Below, piece by piece: positions 1 through 15,569 of a DNA stretch of 64,000 bases (within the stretch, counting starts at the first letter, position 1; every line of letters begins with the position of its first letter). This DNA comes from the human T2T-CHM13v2.0 reference genome, Homo sapiens. The stretch is from the NCBI RefSeq assembly GCF_009914755.1, contig NC_060947.1. The stretch is one strand, 5' to 3'. Below the pieces are notes generated by a model. It was not told the DNA's origin and made no database searches. It worked only from the letters and a program-made list of their open reading frames with translations. A program made the position numbers and the translations under genes.

Positions 1-460
1 GAAAAATGAAAACATGCCCACATAAAATGTTGTACATGAATGTTTTTAGCACCATTACTGACAAAAGACAACATCTGTAAATGCAAACATCCGTCAAATG
101 ATGGATAAACAAAATGAAATATATCCATACAGTGAAATATTATTCATCAATAAAGAACAGTAATATATACCATAATCTAGATGAATCTCAAAAAAACATG
201 GTAGTTAAAAGAAGCCAGTAACAAGGGTAAGAAATTGCATGATTTATATGACTGCCCAGAATAGACAAATCCATAGGGACAAAAAGCTAAATTAGTAGTT
301 GTCAGGGTTGGCAAAAGGGAAATAGGGAATAAGTGCTAATGAGGTGGTGATGAAAGTGTTGTAAACTATAATAGTGGCAATGGTCGCACAACTCTATGAA
401 TATACTAAAAGTCACTAAACTTTAAAATGGTGAACTTTATATTATATGAATTATATCACG
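1..460 (+). mobile_element. Old L1M 3' end
   Basis: atggataaacaaaatg..atccatacagtgaaatattattca..tgaatatactaaaa..aaaatggtgaactttat. Confidence 0.75.
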
Positions 461-1842
461 AGTTCTTTTCTACAAAAGAAGGTAATTACCTTATCCAGAG
501 TATAGTGCTTAGCAGGATTGCTGAGATAGGCATTCCTACTCCAAAGCATTTACTCTTACTACAAATTTCAAATACCATTTGTTAACTGTAAAACCTTTGG
601 CAAGTTGGCCCCAGGTAAGGTTTACAATTGATTGACCATGAGTGAAGGTAGAAGATTTGTACAAGCACCTAACTACTCAATACATGTAGATACACAATAA
701 AAACAAACAAGCAAATGTTAGGGAAAGTAAAGGAATACCACATGGCGATTAGTACTATAAGTGAAACACTTTCATCCAACAGAACATTTAAGTTTTCCAG
801 TGACGCCATGAAGTCAAATGATCCCATAATACTGTTGGGCTAAATAATAATCTAATAGAGGAGTAGCAGATGTAAGACTGCAAAAATGAGTCACTAAAGA
901 AACTCAAAACTAGATAAAGGTACCACCCTACATTCAACCACCGGTGGTGAAAAACCATAGCAGAACCGCATCTACAATACATAGGGCATGCTGACCTAAC
1001 TAGATATTTTTCAGTGAAAGATTTGAAAGTACAATAATATCTAATTACCAGTATAAAGCAGTGGAAAATAAATTTTCTTGCAGGCAGATAAACCCCAAAG
1101 CCTACCAAAATATAGTCTTCTTGGTGACTATGGTGTAAATTAATACTATTTAATAAAGGACAGCAAGATAGAAGCAATGACTGCACACCACGATAAAATT
1201 CTGGAATACGTTTCTTGTTAAAGTAGTTAAGTCAATCTTTGCAGTATGACAAATCATGGGCTGTGCTTTCATAATATGGCAAGTTAAAGTACCTCAGGAA
1301 CCATTCAACCTATGGTTAGCAACTCTTAATAACTAACATTTTACCAACAGAAAAAATTCCAGACAGCCAATTGGAGTGGCAATGGGTTAAGTGGTTAATA
1401 CTATTGGAATGCACCCTTTCTAAATAGCAACGTTGAATTAAAGGTAAACAATGAAGTTACACGTGTAAAGCACTATAACGTGCTGAACCACCAGGTGACA
1501 ACACTAAAGCACACTACCTAAACAAATTTTGCCATGAAAAAAAATTATTTTTGAAACCAGAAGTGAGATGAGAATGAAAATACTGTGAAGTATATAATAG
1601 GGGCTGCTAGAGAACACCAGCAAAACTAAACCATCACTCATTACTGCATCATATTTATGGACCCTAGATGACTGTTTAAAAAAAAAAAAAAACCTGGGAA
1701 GACAGAGGACAACTATAGGAAAAGCACATTGATACATACCATGTTTTTTATTACACAACAGGACTTACCACAGGGCATGTGCTTACTGGGGTACATTTAA
1801 CAAAAGTCAACTGAACTTACTGCAACAAAACTACAACATGTA

Positions 1843-2131
1843 GGCCAGGTGTGGTAATTCCAGCACTTTGGGAGGCCAAGGTGGGAGGACCACTTGAGCC
1901 CATGACTTTGATACCACCCTGGGTCACATACCGAGATGCTGTCTCAGATAAAATAATAAGATAAAATAAAATAGTTGGGCTGGTAGTGCACACCTGTAGT
2001 CCCAGCTACTCAGGAGGCTGAGGCGGGAGGATGGCTTGAGCCCAGGAGTTCAAAGCTGCCATCAGCTATGATTGCTCCACCATGTTCCAGTCTGGGTGAC
2101 AGAGAGACCTTGTCTTAAAAAAAAAAAAAAA
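1843..2131 (+). mobile_element. AluJ
   Basis: Diverged dimer, polyA, degenerate TSD. Confidence 0.9.
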
Positions 2132-2977
2132 GTACAACAGTACTTTTAAAAGCATGTGAAATACCAATACTTGTAAGTTTTGAAACAGTAGTACATTAAG
2201 CCTTTAACACTAAAATATAGTCCACAGATGTGATGAATTCCCATGAGGTCAACTCACTTAGGAGAAACACATTAACGCTGGTGCCTGATGAAAATAATCA
2301 GTATATATTTAGTTTAATGGCAACGATAAAGCAGAACCATGTAGCTAATAATAGTACTGAATTAAACAAGAAATTGTACATCAACACACTTTACTAGACA
2401 ATATTAAATACCTATGCAGTCTATAAGCCAGGAATTGTAATTAGAAAAATGCGTAAAATACATCATGCACCCTTGGAAATCCTCAACATAGCACAGTGAT
2501 TAGGTTACCATATTAGTTTTCACTCTAGAATTTCACACCAAATTAGTTATGCAAGCTATGCAACTATTCAGAAGGACGCACTGTGGACTAAGGTGGTACT
2601 ACAGAATTTCCACAAATTAGGTAGCAACACTGGGCACACTTCCAACAATGCAAAGGATGTCAAAACCTATAAACCAGAACTTGTAACAAGCCAAAAAAAA
2701 AAAAAAAAAAAGACGCAAACATCCATGAACATTTTCAAACATATTTTTGGCTCACTAACACACTGACTAGGGTACTGTATTAATATCCCTATGAGAACCA
2801 AATCCATGATAACAAGCATCCAACATAATTTCAGAAGGACATGCTGTGGACTAATGGTAGTACTTTCTTTTCCACCAAAAATTACTTTGTGTACACAAGG
2901 AGGCCATACTGAACATACTTTCTGACAATAAGGGAAACAAAATAAAACAGAAATGGGGGGAAAGAAGCCTAACGTTA

Positions 2978-3626
2978 CAGTATTCTCCCCTTATCTATGG
3001 TTTTCCTTTACAAAGTTTCTATTACCTGGGGTCAAACGTGGTTCAAAAACATTATATGGAAAATTCCAAGAATAAACAATTCATAAATTCCAAATTGTCT
3101 GCCGTTGAGAGTAATGTAATGAAATCTCAAACTGTCCAGCAAAAAGAATCACCCCTTTTTCCAGTGTATACCCCACATTATATGCTACCATCCATTAGTC
3201 ACTTAGCACCCTTCTCAGTTCAGATTGACTGCTGCAGTAACACAGTGCTTAACAATGACCCCAATATAAGAGCTGTGATGCCATCAATACAGACGTGCCA
3301 AAGAGAAGCCACAAAATGCTTCCTTTAGTAAAAAGGCGAACATTTTCAACAGAATAAGGAAAAAAAAATTGTATACTGAGGTTGCAGTAACAAATTTTCT
3401 AAGTGCACTTTGGGAGGCCAAGGTGGGAGGACCATTTGAACTCAGGAGTTTGAGAAATTGTGCAGGAAAAAGAAATTCGTGCTAGTTTTGCTGTCACACC
3501 TCAAACTTTGCCACAAGTATGTATGTGTAGATAAAAACATATAGGGTTCGGTACTATCCAGTCTAAGGGATCCACCAGGAGAATTAGAACCTATCGCCCA
3601 TAGATAAGTGGTGGAGGAAATTACTG
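2978..3626. mobile_element. MER44/Tigger7 DNA transposon
   Basis: TIR-like CAGTATTCTCCCCTTATC..GATAAG..ACTG with TA flanks. Confidence 0.7.
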
Positions 3627-6573
3627 TACAGGAAATTAGCCACTTTAATATAATTACACTGACCGATTTTAAGATGTCACCTTCGTGTGGAAATAAAATG
3701 ACATTATATGTAAACAGCTTTTAACTGAATATATTTTTTGCCTCTATAGTAAGGAGATCAGATTATATTGTTATGATCTTCCTATAATCAAATTTCTGAT
3801 GGGAATGGTGAACTAACATTTCTAAAAGGTCTTTTGGGTGAACTGAGTACTGCAAGGTTTCCATAACAATGCTTCTTTCTAGTCTTTTTATTCCAATAGA
3901 GTACGCAAATCTGGACAGCTCCTTGGAGTTTCAAGGTTCAAGGATGAAAAATCTAGTTTATGTGTTGTATACAGCTAATGTCAAGCCTACTACTTCACAT
4001 ACCATGTAACAAAAACTGAGCTATAAACAAGGAAATCATACAAGCAAAACTACATATCAGAACCTACCACAATAGCTAAAAATCACAATGCCCTCAAGAA
4101 AGCTACATTAATGTTGGTTTACTAATAGAACAGCAAACTAGATAGCTACTGGAGTAATAATCTCTGAAGGGCAATATTACCAATGCCACTATCACAAACT
4201 ATAAATAATCAATTACTAGTGAATTTCCATTATCATTGCTTAGTGCAACAGGAAGTCACAAAATTTAGAGGTGCATGATAAACAGAATGGGAAGGCACTA
4301 CAGGTATCAGTAAATAGCCCTCCTAATACCTCAAACAGTGGAAATACACTATTGGCCCTCAAAATCCTACCAGAGTATTCTTTTAATTTAAATATATGAA
4401 TAAAGGACACTTAACAATTATACAATACACTAGTGATTATGAGAGGAAGTGTTGGATAGTAATACTAGAAAAAAATTAGGGAACCATTTCAGGTACGTGC
4501 AGTTCTGCCAAGGGCACAACCATGTGGACAAAATTCATACTACACATCTATCGTATCAAGTTACTTCACAAGACAGCACCAAATCTAATAATTCATATGG
4601 AAAATAGAGTTGACCATCACTTCTACAGGGCCCTTAATTTTAGAGGACTTTAAAAGGGCATAACTGTAATGAGACAAGAGGGAACCAAAGAATTACAGTA
4701 CCAGTGTACAATAAAAAATTACATTTTAAAACTTTGAAGGTCTCTACCAATTTCAATATATTTCTGGGCAAATAGCACTGAGCCATTAAACTGTAGTGCT
4801 AATGGAACTGATTTCCTAAACTCACATGAACCTCCAACCATCTATATCAGCAAAATGCAACACTGCATGGTACAAATTATGTACCACAGAACTTGTGATT
4901 AGACATCAACTGTCCAGAATTCCACAACAAATCTGGAAAGGCCCAATATATTACAACCTATGAAAACTGAACACTATTATCCTGGAGCTACTGGGATTGA
5001 ACAAATGGCCATATGAGAATCAAGAGAATCTGGCAAATATTTTTGACTAAATTCACCTATACTGTATATACTTTGTCAAAAGTCCTTATAAAAACTATTT
5101 TTGTCTGTAGGACAAGAATGATATTTCTATTAATTAGGAGCAGATACAGATTCTTAACTTTGGACTCTATGCCACCAGCTAAAGAGCGCTGCTGTGTAGA
5201 CAAATTTAGTACAAAACTTCCAGTTGATTCATTACCAAGTCCCTGAAGAAGCACCAAATTAAAAATTTTAAGATTACAAATGTGCTAGATAAATACATGC
5301 TACCATTACAGGGGAGGGAGTTCTAAAATTACTTGCAAATGACAATGGTTAAGAAATCAAATTTGGTTATGAAACATTCAGGCTAAAGGATCAAAGCATA
5401 TATACCTCTACACTTAAAGCAAAAATGTTGGTTGCTTCATCAAATGTCTTTATTATTGAATAATTGATTTCCAATGTTGCTGAAGTGTTATATTAAGAGG
5501 AATTTTCTTTTTTCATAAATTTATCAATTTATAAAGGGCAACATTGTGAGGGCAAATAAAGCACTACTTAAGATTCAGAGTAATGAGTTATTTGTGCAAA
5601 ATACATCACAAAATTTGGCATTTAGACATGCGAAAAATATGGGCAATAAGATACTACTTAACATTGCCAAAAATTCATGACTCCCCTCGCCAACTCCCCA
5701 CTCCCAAGAGAAAGTACATAGGTACTAAACTTATGGAAATACATTGCATTGAATAGTTCCTTTAAAACCTTTATAATTGGCTGGAAAGAACGGAGGAATT
5801 CTAATTGAACTAGAAAATACACAAGAAATGTGCATGTAATGTACTCTCTAAAGGGACAACAGAGTGGACAGTCAAGGAACTCCACATATTCATAGTGTTA
5901 TTTGCAAGTTTCTAAGCAGCATCCACAAATAAAAAGTAGGTGGCTGAAGTTACAGGCTGATGTTACACATTAGTAACACAATGTGATCACACAAATTTGG
6001 CAAAACATAAGTATTCAAGTTTGAGTTGAATCAATTTGACAAAGCATATGTCAAACAGATGTCAGATAGCAAAAGGCTACATTAGGGACTACAGATTTGC
6101 ACGTTAGTTGTTCACCATCTCAAAAACAAGTACCAAACCTTTAATTTTATTGAGTACATTCACTGTACCAAATATCAATTGGCACAGAATGGAAATATCC
6201 CTACTAGGTAACATGAGTTGGCAAATGTAATTAGACATTGCACCAAAACCAACCCAAAACAAAACCCTAAACACAATTCACCTATCACTGTGTATATGAG
6301 AAAGCATGAATACTATCTCCAAGAAGTCCTTAAGATCCTGTATTTTCCTCAGCTGAAAAATCTTACTAAAATTTTACTGTCTCAACATTAGAAGACAGCA
6401 CTGTACCTGTTATTTCCAAAAGACAAGGCCATGCAAATACATATGAAAGATTTCCATTGTTTCCCATTTTGTCCAGAGAAGCCAAAATTGGAATTTCAAT
6501 TATACACAGATCAAAATATCCCATTTGCTGAGTTTAGCTGCTAATTGGATGTTAAATCCAATTTGAAAAACCA

Positions 6574-6713
6574 GGGCAGGTGCCGTGGCTGACCCCTGTA
6601 ATGTAGTCTTAGCACTTGAGGAGCCCAGGTGGTAAGATAGCTTGCGCACAGGAGTTTGAGACCACCCCGGGCAACATAGCAAGAAAACCTTGTCTCCACA
6701 TAAAATTTAAAAA
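6574..6713 (+). mobile_element. FLAM/Alu left monomer
   Basis: Alu monomer consensus. Confidence 0.8.
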
Positions 6714-6800
6714 GTAACCAGTGAAGCTAGAAGATAGAGTAGCACTACTTAAAATGTTTATCCTACTTCAGGACAGCAATAATCTGGGAATGGATGTTGA

Positions 6801-7151
<351 letters not shown>

Positions 7152-10100
7152 GCAGATGGATGATTTAAAAAGGGTTATGGCATTAGCTCCTCTTCAAGAA
7201 GCCAAAGTACTACTAAGGCATTCATAAAAAGCTCCTGAGAGAATTTAGTTATACTACTAATGTTGGGATTCAGTCTGTTAAACCTTAATTTTATGAAACG
7301 ATGTCCTAGGCAGAATGCTTGAAAATAATTAAGTGGCTACTAATATCATTAGGTCACTTAACCCAGTAGTGGTTAACTGGGAATATATAACCCAGTCTAT
7401 CAGGTAAATGGTTCAGAACCATAGCAGAAAAACCTCAGTTGACAAAAAAAAAAAAAAAAATTAACAGCTTCATGCCCACTTGCAAGGTGACTGTCCTTAC
7501 AGCTATCACCTTGCCAATGGGTGGAGAGTCTATTGTAAAGATATGGTTCCCATCCAGCAGGGATACTATGGTAGTGGACAAAATTTTATCAGCATCTTTC
7601 CAGAGAGCAAATAATTTGAAGATACGCACTAATACCATCAAGAACTCCACCTTTTTAGGATTCAGGGACTGTTGTGTGTTTATTGCTTGTGATGGTAAAC
7701 TCTCATCTAAAATTTTCCTGCTTAGTTCAATCTAGGTGATACTTTATTAATGCCACAATTAAGCAATTCTGATTTCTTATTATCAGTTGATATAGGAGAT
7801 ATTTCACAATATGCTGACAGGTTCTAGAAAGCCCCTTTCTATGCATAGAGATTATGACAAGCTATATAGAGACCTAAGTGTTTCTAGATTAAATGCTTTA
7901 GTCCAGTGTAGGGAGGAATCAATGAAGGTGAACTAACCTTAACTTCCAACGATGAAAAATCTTCTGTGCTGCAACATGAGGCTCCTTCATATCATTGAAA
8001 TAGTGAACCAGAGAAATGTATCCACGAATCCCACCCACACTCCAAGGACACAGAAAAAAGTATTTATTCCCTCCCTTGTGGAAAGTGTGCAGTTTGTAGT
8101 TCCCTCATGCATAAAATCCAAAGTATTTAGCTTTAAAATGTTATTTTGTGTGCTGGATCTAAATTTTAAGATGTGTAAGCTAGTTATATATTTATATTAT
8201 TATATAAATTTTATTGTATATATATTCATAAGCTCTGTCAGTATGTTATGTTTAAAGCTTAAAATAAGCCAAATCATTCTTTTCCTGACTGCTTTTAACA
8301 TGTAGTTGATGTTGGGATTTGAACCAGTAAGTGCAAAGAAAGCTTTCAGGGCCCTAAAAACTAAGTACAATAAGCACCGCATACAGTCAAAGGACAGATA
8401 CTTCAATATAGAGTACTGAATACAAGGTGCACTGGCCAATCCAGCTGGCAGTGACCAAAGATTACCTTTCTCAATGTTTGTTGGCATCACAGAGCTCTTT
8501 TGGCTACATGTACCACAAGCAAAAGGCACTACTACCATCAGGCTCATTCCTCCTCCCAGTGAAAGCACAGGTATTCTTTGTTGTCTTCACTGAAAACCTT
8601 TTGCAGACATTCTTGAGGATGATACCCAAAAGCATCCTTCTGGGTCAAAACCATATCACAACATCCTTTACTACAAGCTCTGGTCCTAATGTAAGGTATG
8701 GAATTTCTTAAATCATTTATTTTGGAGTCCCATCCAAGATCTCCTAACTCTGAATAGCACATGTAGTTAAAAAATAGTATGCAGTGAGTCCCTGAGATGA
8801 ACATGAAAAATTCAGCATAGCAGTATCTGTCTCGGCAGTCTTCTGATCCTGTCAAGCAGAAACTAGTGAAAACCACAGCTAACCCAAAGCTAACCCTTTT
8901 AGCTCCCAACTTAAGGGAACCCATGGAATTTCACAAATACATGTATTAGGTGACCAAGGGCTGTGCCTGCATGTTGCAGTATTCCCTTGGGAACAAATGT
9001 ACAGTGCTGGTCCCTATCATCTTGTCAAGGCATTCTCATCACCTTTGAAGAAGACTGGTTTCCTGTATCAGGTGAATATAGTTTCAGGATCAAAGAAACT
9101 TCTCAGTAAGTTAACTTTTCTTAACTGTACCCTCAAGTGTAAAACATGGAATATAGGAAGTGCTTAAAGTCTTGCTGAAGCAGATGACTTCTAATGTCTG
9201 TAGTTGTGTTTGTTGCTTAAATGTCCTGTACTTACCAAACACTAAGATTATCTGGAACATGTGAAAACCACAAGAAAACTTTAGGAATATACACAGCCCA
9301 ATCCCCATTTTAGTCCCTCTGCCCCTCTCCCATCAATCAAAAAATTGAACACAATAATAAGTATTCAGAAAACACTCACAGGACGCAGGCTGGCCCATCA
9401 ACCCCAACACGGCACTAGAAGCCAAGGAAGGGGCAAAGAGAAAGCCTGCATATAATAATGGAGGCATTACAAGTTGCGACTTTTATATAAAGATAGTCCA
9501 TAAACTTCATTTTCAACATACTGAGCAGGTTGAAAGTGAAATAGTAAAGTTGCAAAGGAGAAACTTTTAAAAGTCACTGCTAATAACCAAAATGGCTGCT
9601 TGTCAGGGCTTGGTAATAGAACTGCAGCCATTCCTGACTTTCTGGGCACATGATAGGTTATGAAACCCTGTCCCCTGATTCTTACAGGATATGCACCCTT
9701 CCCTCCATGCTGCCCCAAACACCTTCTCTGATGCTCCCCATCACACAGACACCACAGCCCCATATCACAAGAAACCATCCCTTCCACATAGTTCCCGTGT
9801 CCTAAACCCAAGTGGTCCCTCACACAGTGTTTGAACTCACCCAGCGCATGGACAATTGCTGACCCTCAAAATACATGAAACCAGCAAAAGGGGGTAAAAG
9901 TAGGGCTATGACTTGCCAGCAAGATAGGGGAACAGGCTTGGGGGTGATGTGAAGATGGCTGCTGGCATCACATTTCTTCTTGGACTGATGCCCAATTTCT
10001 TCAAAGCACTATGCAGTTTTTCCTTCTTTGAAACAGATTACAGATAGATCCTCCATCCCTTCCCTTCCCTCCTGTCCCAAACCCTCAGGGCCCTACCCTT

Positions 10101-10482
10101 AACTATCTCCCCTTCCCAAAAACTTTCAAATAAAATTCCCAATAACATCAGCACTTGTATTACAGGAGATGTTTACCAGCTATACACTATCCCACTCCTA
10201 CTTTTTATTTCCCTTTTGTTATATAATAAATGAGAAGCCAAGACTCTAAAACTTCTTAAACTCCAAAAACAAAAGTAATAGAAGGGTACATGCAGTTTGT
10301 TTGAGTTTTCAATCTAGCCTGGGGAAGCCCACACAAGCCACCCTACACCCAACCCCAGATCTCAATGTTCACACCTAAAAATTGATGGGTATAATCAAGG
10401 TAATAAAGTAATCATCTATTAAGCTCTAGTATTGTATAGATTATGGACTTGTATTCCACTTCTCAAACCACATGTCCCTTAC

Positions 10483-10562
10483 CTTGAGGCTCTGGAGAGG
10501 TACTGCCAAACTCAAAACAACTCTGACAGTAGCAGTGGCCCCAAAGGACTTGGATCAATATT
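10483..10562 (-). ncRNA. Candidate FTX exon (80 nt)
   Basis: Acceptor CCTTCTTCATCTTCAG| and donor AAG|GTAAGG. Confidence 0.45.
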
Positions 10563-11438
10563 CTGAAGATGAAGAAGGTCTTCCAAATAAGCACCATGAA
10601 AAAGTCTAATGCCAAATGAGTTTTTCTTCTATTGTCCTACCCTCAGGACACAAGAGCACTACCAGATTCTGCCTAAAAGCTACCTTTAAGGTTTGATATA
10701 AGGGAACATGAGGCATCCAATGCCCAGGTAAAAGTAAGGGAATATAATCCCTGATATTTGGGAATGCACTGGGACCAGGGTCAAACAAAGTGACTTCTTG
10801 GGCAGACTAACTTAATTCTATAGACAGTATGAAAATAAGAGGTCATTGGTGATGTGGTAAAAGGCTAAAGGTAAATAGGGGAAACCTACAAAGTGCTCCC
10901 TAAATCACTCGTGATCACTCTCTTGGTAAGTCATATACTAAGTATATACTTCTGCTAGGCAACTATTGGGAAATTTATCCATACTTCTCTTCCTGTAATA
11001 TATGTTAGTATATCCAAAATAATTCAAAGCTTTCTTTGAACTATAAAATGCCATGAATTAAGCCTTCGAATTCAAATTGAACTGGAAGGCATTCTGATCT
11101 TGTTAAAATTATTCTCTCCAATTCACACTTATCTGTACAATGTACATTAATAACTAATTTGTTAGATGATTAATACCAATAATTAACTTGCTAGAGGACC
11201 CAGGAAACAGAATATCTGCAAGGCCCAGAGTAGATCATAAATAAATAGGAATGCAGACATAAGATGTTCAGTTTTGGAACAGTAAAGCTATAATGAGTTT
11301 TCTTTAAAATCAAACAATTGTACAATGCATTATAGTCTACAACTTATTCTGTAGTTCAAATAAATAAAACTTTCCCCTGTTACAGAAAGACAGCCCTCCT
11401 CCCAGCAACATTTCAGACTGGATGGATTGATTCCTCAC

Positions 11439-11497
11439 CTGACATAACTCTAAAATCCTCACTGAAGAAGCCAGGAAGTCAAACTGAGGCTGAAGAC
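11439..11497 (-). ncRNA. Candidate FTX exon (59 nt)
   Basis: Acceptor TCCCCTGTACTTTCAG| and donor CAG|GTGAGG. Confidence 0.45.
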
Positions 11498-12113
11498 CTG
11501 AAAGTACAGGGGACTAAACCCAGAAAGCAGTATCTGTAGCAAAATAGTTGACCTGATGGCTGGTTGGCTCCCAAGAATCTCTCTGTCCTGGTAGCCAGAT
11601 AAAGTAATCAAAGGGTAATCCTATACTTGGTAAGCCAGTGGAGTACTTAGGAACAAGTCTCATGTTAAAGGGCTTCTTCCATGGAGTGTGGTTAATGTGC
11701 AAAAACATGTCTATAAATAAGGCTGTTAGGACAGACTCACCATAACAGGAAATACCAGAGAGATCAAGAGTATCCAGGAAAGTCCAAAGATGACAATGTA
11801 ATACAAATAGAGCAATTAAGAGGTTACATTCTTGCATTGTAAGACATGGGGGTTCAAAGAGAAAGTCTAGAATTTACTGGCTAGCCATTCTTGCCAAGTT
11901 CTGAACTTTTATTGATTTGATGACCTCTTTGAAATGTAATAAAAACAATAGTAACATTAGTGTTGGTGAGATGAGTATATCAATTAGAACAACCTGTAGG
12001 TTTGGCTATCCCTAAAACAAGCCAACCTTAGAAGAAATGTCCTTTAAAAAGAAAAAAAAAAAGGCATTTCTTCCTAAGGTTGGCTCTTTAAAAAAAAAAA
12101 AAAGAGAGAGAGC

Positions 12114-12410
12114 GAGATTGATTCTTGCTATGTTGCCCAGGCTGAAGTGTAATGGCTATTCACAGGCATGATCTCACTACTGATCATCACGGGAGTTTTG
12201 ACCCGCTCCATTCCCGACCTGGGCTGGTTCACCCCTCCTCAGGCAACCTGGTGATCCCCCGTGCCCGGGAGGTCACCATATTGATGCCAAATTTAGTGCA
12301 GGAATCCAATCGGCATAGCTCACTACAGCTCAGAATTCCTGGGATCAAGCAATCCTCCCTCCTCACCCTCCTGAGTAGCTAGGGCTACAAGTGCATGCCT
12401 GCAAGCCCGC
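12114..12410 (-). pseudogene. Near full-length 7SL (SRP) RNA pseudogene
   Basis: Reverse complement matches 7SL including the S domain (GGCATCAATATGGTGACCTCCCGGG..CCAGGTTGCCT..GAGGGGTGAACC..CAGGTCGG..GGTCAAAACTCCCGTG), with many substitutions. Confidence 0.93.
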
Positions 12411-12835
12411 AAAAATAGCCTTTTTAGAAGTCATTTCTGAATGGGGTTATTGTTCCTGCCAGGTTTGAAAAACATGTGGACACAAGAGTCACATCCAGGT
12501 GTGTACTAGAGAGGCACTGCACTTAATCCTACCTACCTAAGCTATAAACTTTTCGGACTGTGTATCCTTGGCTGATCTTCCTAGGAGCACAGTCACCACT
12601 GGATATTGAAAAGGACCTAATTTTTACCTCCAACTGACACATCATTGATAAAGATAATGAGTCTTCACTATGTGCTATCGGGTTCAATGTTACTGAGAGT
12701 AGCTGCCCTCAATTACCCCATCAGAAAAAAATAAGGAATATTATTAGAATTTACTTCCTAAGTTAAAAACTGAGCTATGCATACATAGAACAGTGTGTGA
12801 CACTTACCATTTAATGTATGCTCAGTTAATGTTAA

Positions 12836-13168
<333 letters not shown>

Positions 13169-13264
13169 TCTTAACTATTGTTATCAAAAGACTGCTATAA
13201 AAAAAAGAATGCACTGCTTAGAATGGAAAAACAGGTAAAAGATGATTAAGAGATATTTAAATGA

Positions 13265-13568
<304 letters not shown>

Positions 13569-13734
13569 TTAAATGAGAAGTAACACAGTTGTTTTTGATG
13601 GAAAAGTACTGCAAAAGCAGATTACAAGCGTAGAATAACCTTACAGTCATTAAAAAAATCTAGTGAAAGAGAAACGAACACAGCCATGTCCTAGCATAGG
13701 GATGAAACTAGAAAACAAAGAATAGAAATGCAAA

Positions 13735-13746
13735 ACACGCGCGCAT

Positions 13747-13786
<40 letters not shown>
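13735..13786. repeat. (CG)/(CA)n alternating purine-pyrimidine microsatellite
   Basis: acacgcgcgcatgcgc followed by a long (AC)n run. Confidence 0.95.
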
Positions 13787-13791
<5 letters not shown>

Positions 13792-14699
13792 CAGGTCACT
13801 AACAAGTTTGGTTTGTAATAAGAGAAATTGTCAGAGAAATATGCCCACAAAAATGTATCCGTAAGTATGTTAAATATATTATGTTCAAATTTAATAAAAA
13901 ACTAAGTCCTAATATTTAAAAGGAAAAAAATTTAATCAAAAAATAAAGGAAATGTTTTAAAACGATCCTGGTCCAAATGAAAGAATTCTATGCATTCACA
14001 TCTAAAGAGAGGAAAATGTTCTTGTTAAGAGCCACCTAAAAATGTCATCAATATCCGTACACACTAGAAAGAAAGAAATATAGCAATAATCCAAGTTGGT
14101 TCTGCATATGCTTTAATTGTGCCATGCCTTTTTTTTTCAAATATTTGAAAATGAATACCTATGGCCTTTTATAATTTTTTTAATACAAAGTATACTGGAG
14201 GCAAAGAAAATATTCTTTGTAACCCTAAGTCATAGATACATATTTGAACTTATTATTTCCTTTAAAAAAATTGACTGAAGGCCCTCAGAGAATATGGAGG
14301 AAATACCAAGGAATAAAAGAGAAAGCATCACATGTTCAGGTAGTGGACATCAATTTACATAACACACTGACCTACATTAAAAATAATAGCTTAAAAAAAG
14401 AATGATTTTTAAATCATAAAACTATTTTAATGTAATTGTTTCACTTTAATCAAGGAGGAAAAGAATGAACAGTGATGCCAAAGATATCACATCTAGAATA
14501 GAAAATATTTGTGTTAATTTTTGGAAAACCTGTGGTAATATTGCTATGGCTGCCTCAATCCCAGTACATTGAAGTTGCATCTTACTACTTCAGAGTCAAC
14601 ATCAAGATTTTTATTGCAAAAGTTAAACGATTCTTGATTTTATATGTTACTATGACCAAGCTCATTAGCTTAATAAAATGTATAAGCAATTAACAAAAG

Positions 14700-15569
<870 letters not shown>

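Noticed and set aside
2230-2288. C/D-box-like GTGATGA..CTGA
   Set aside because: Antisense to the host transcript, short, no convincing terminal stem or guide
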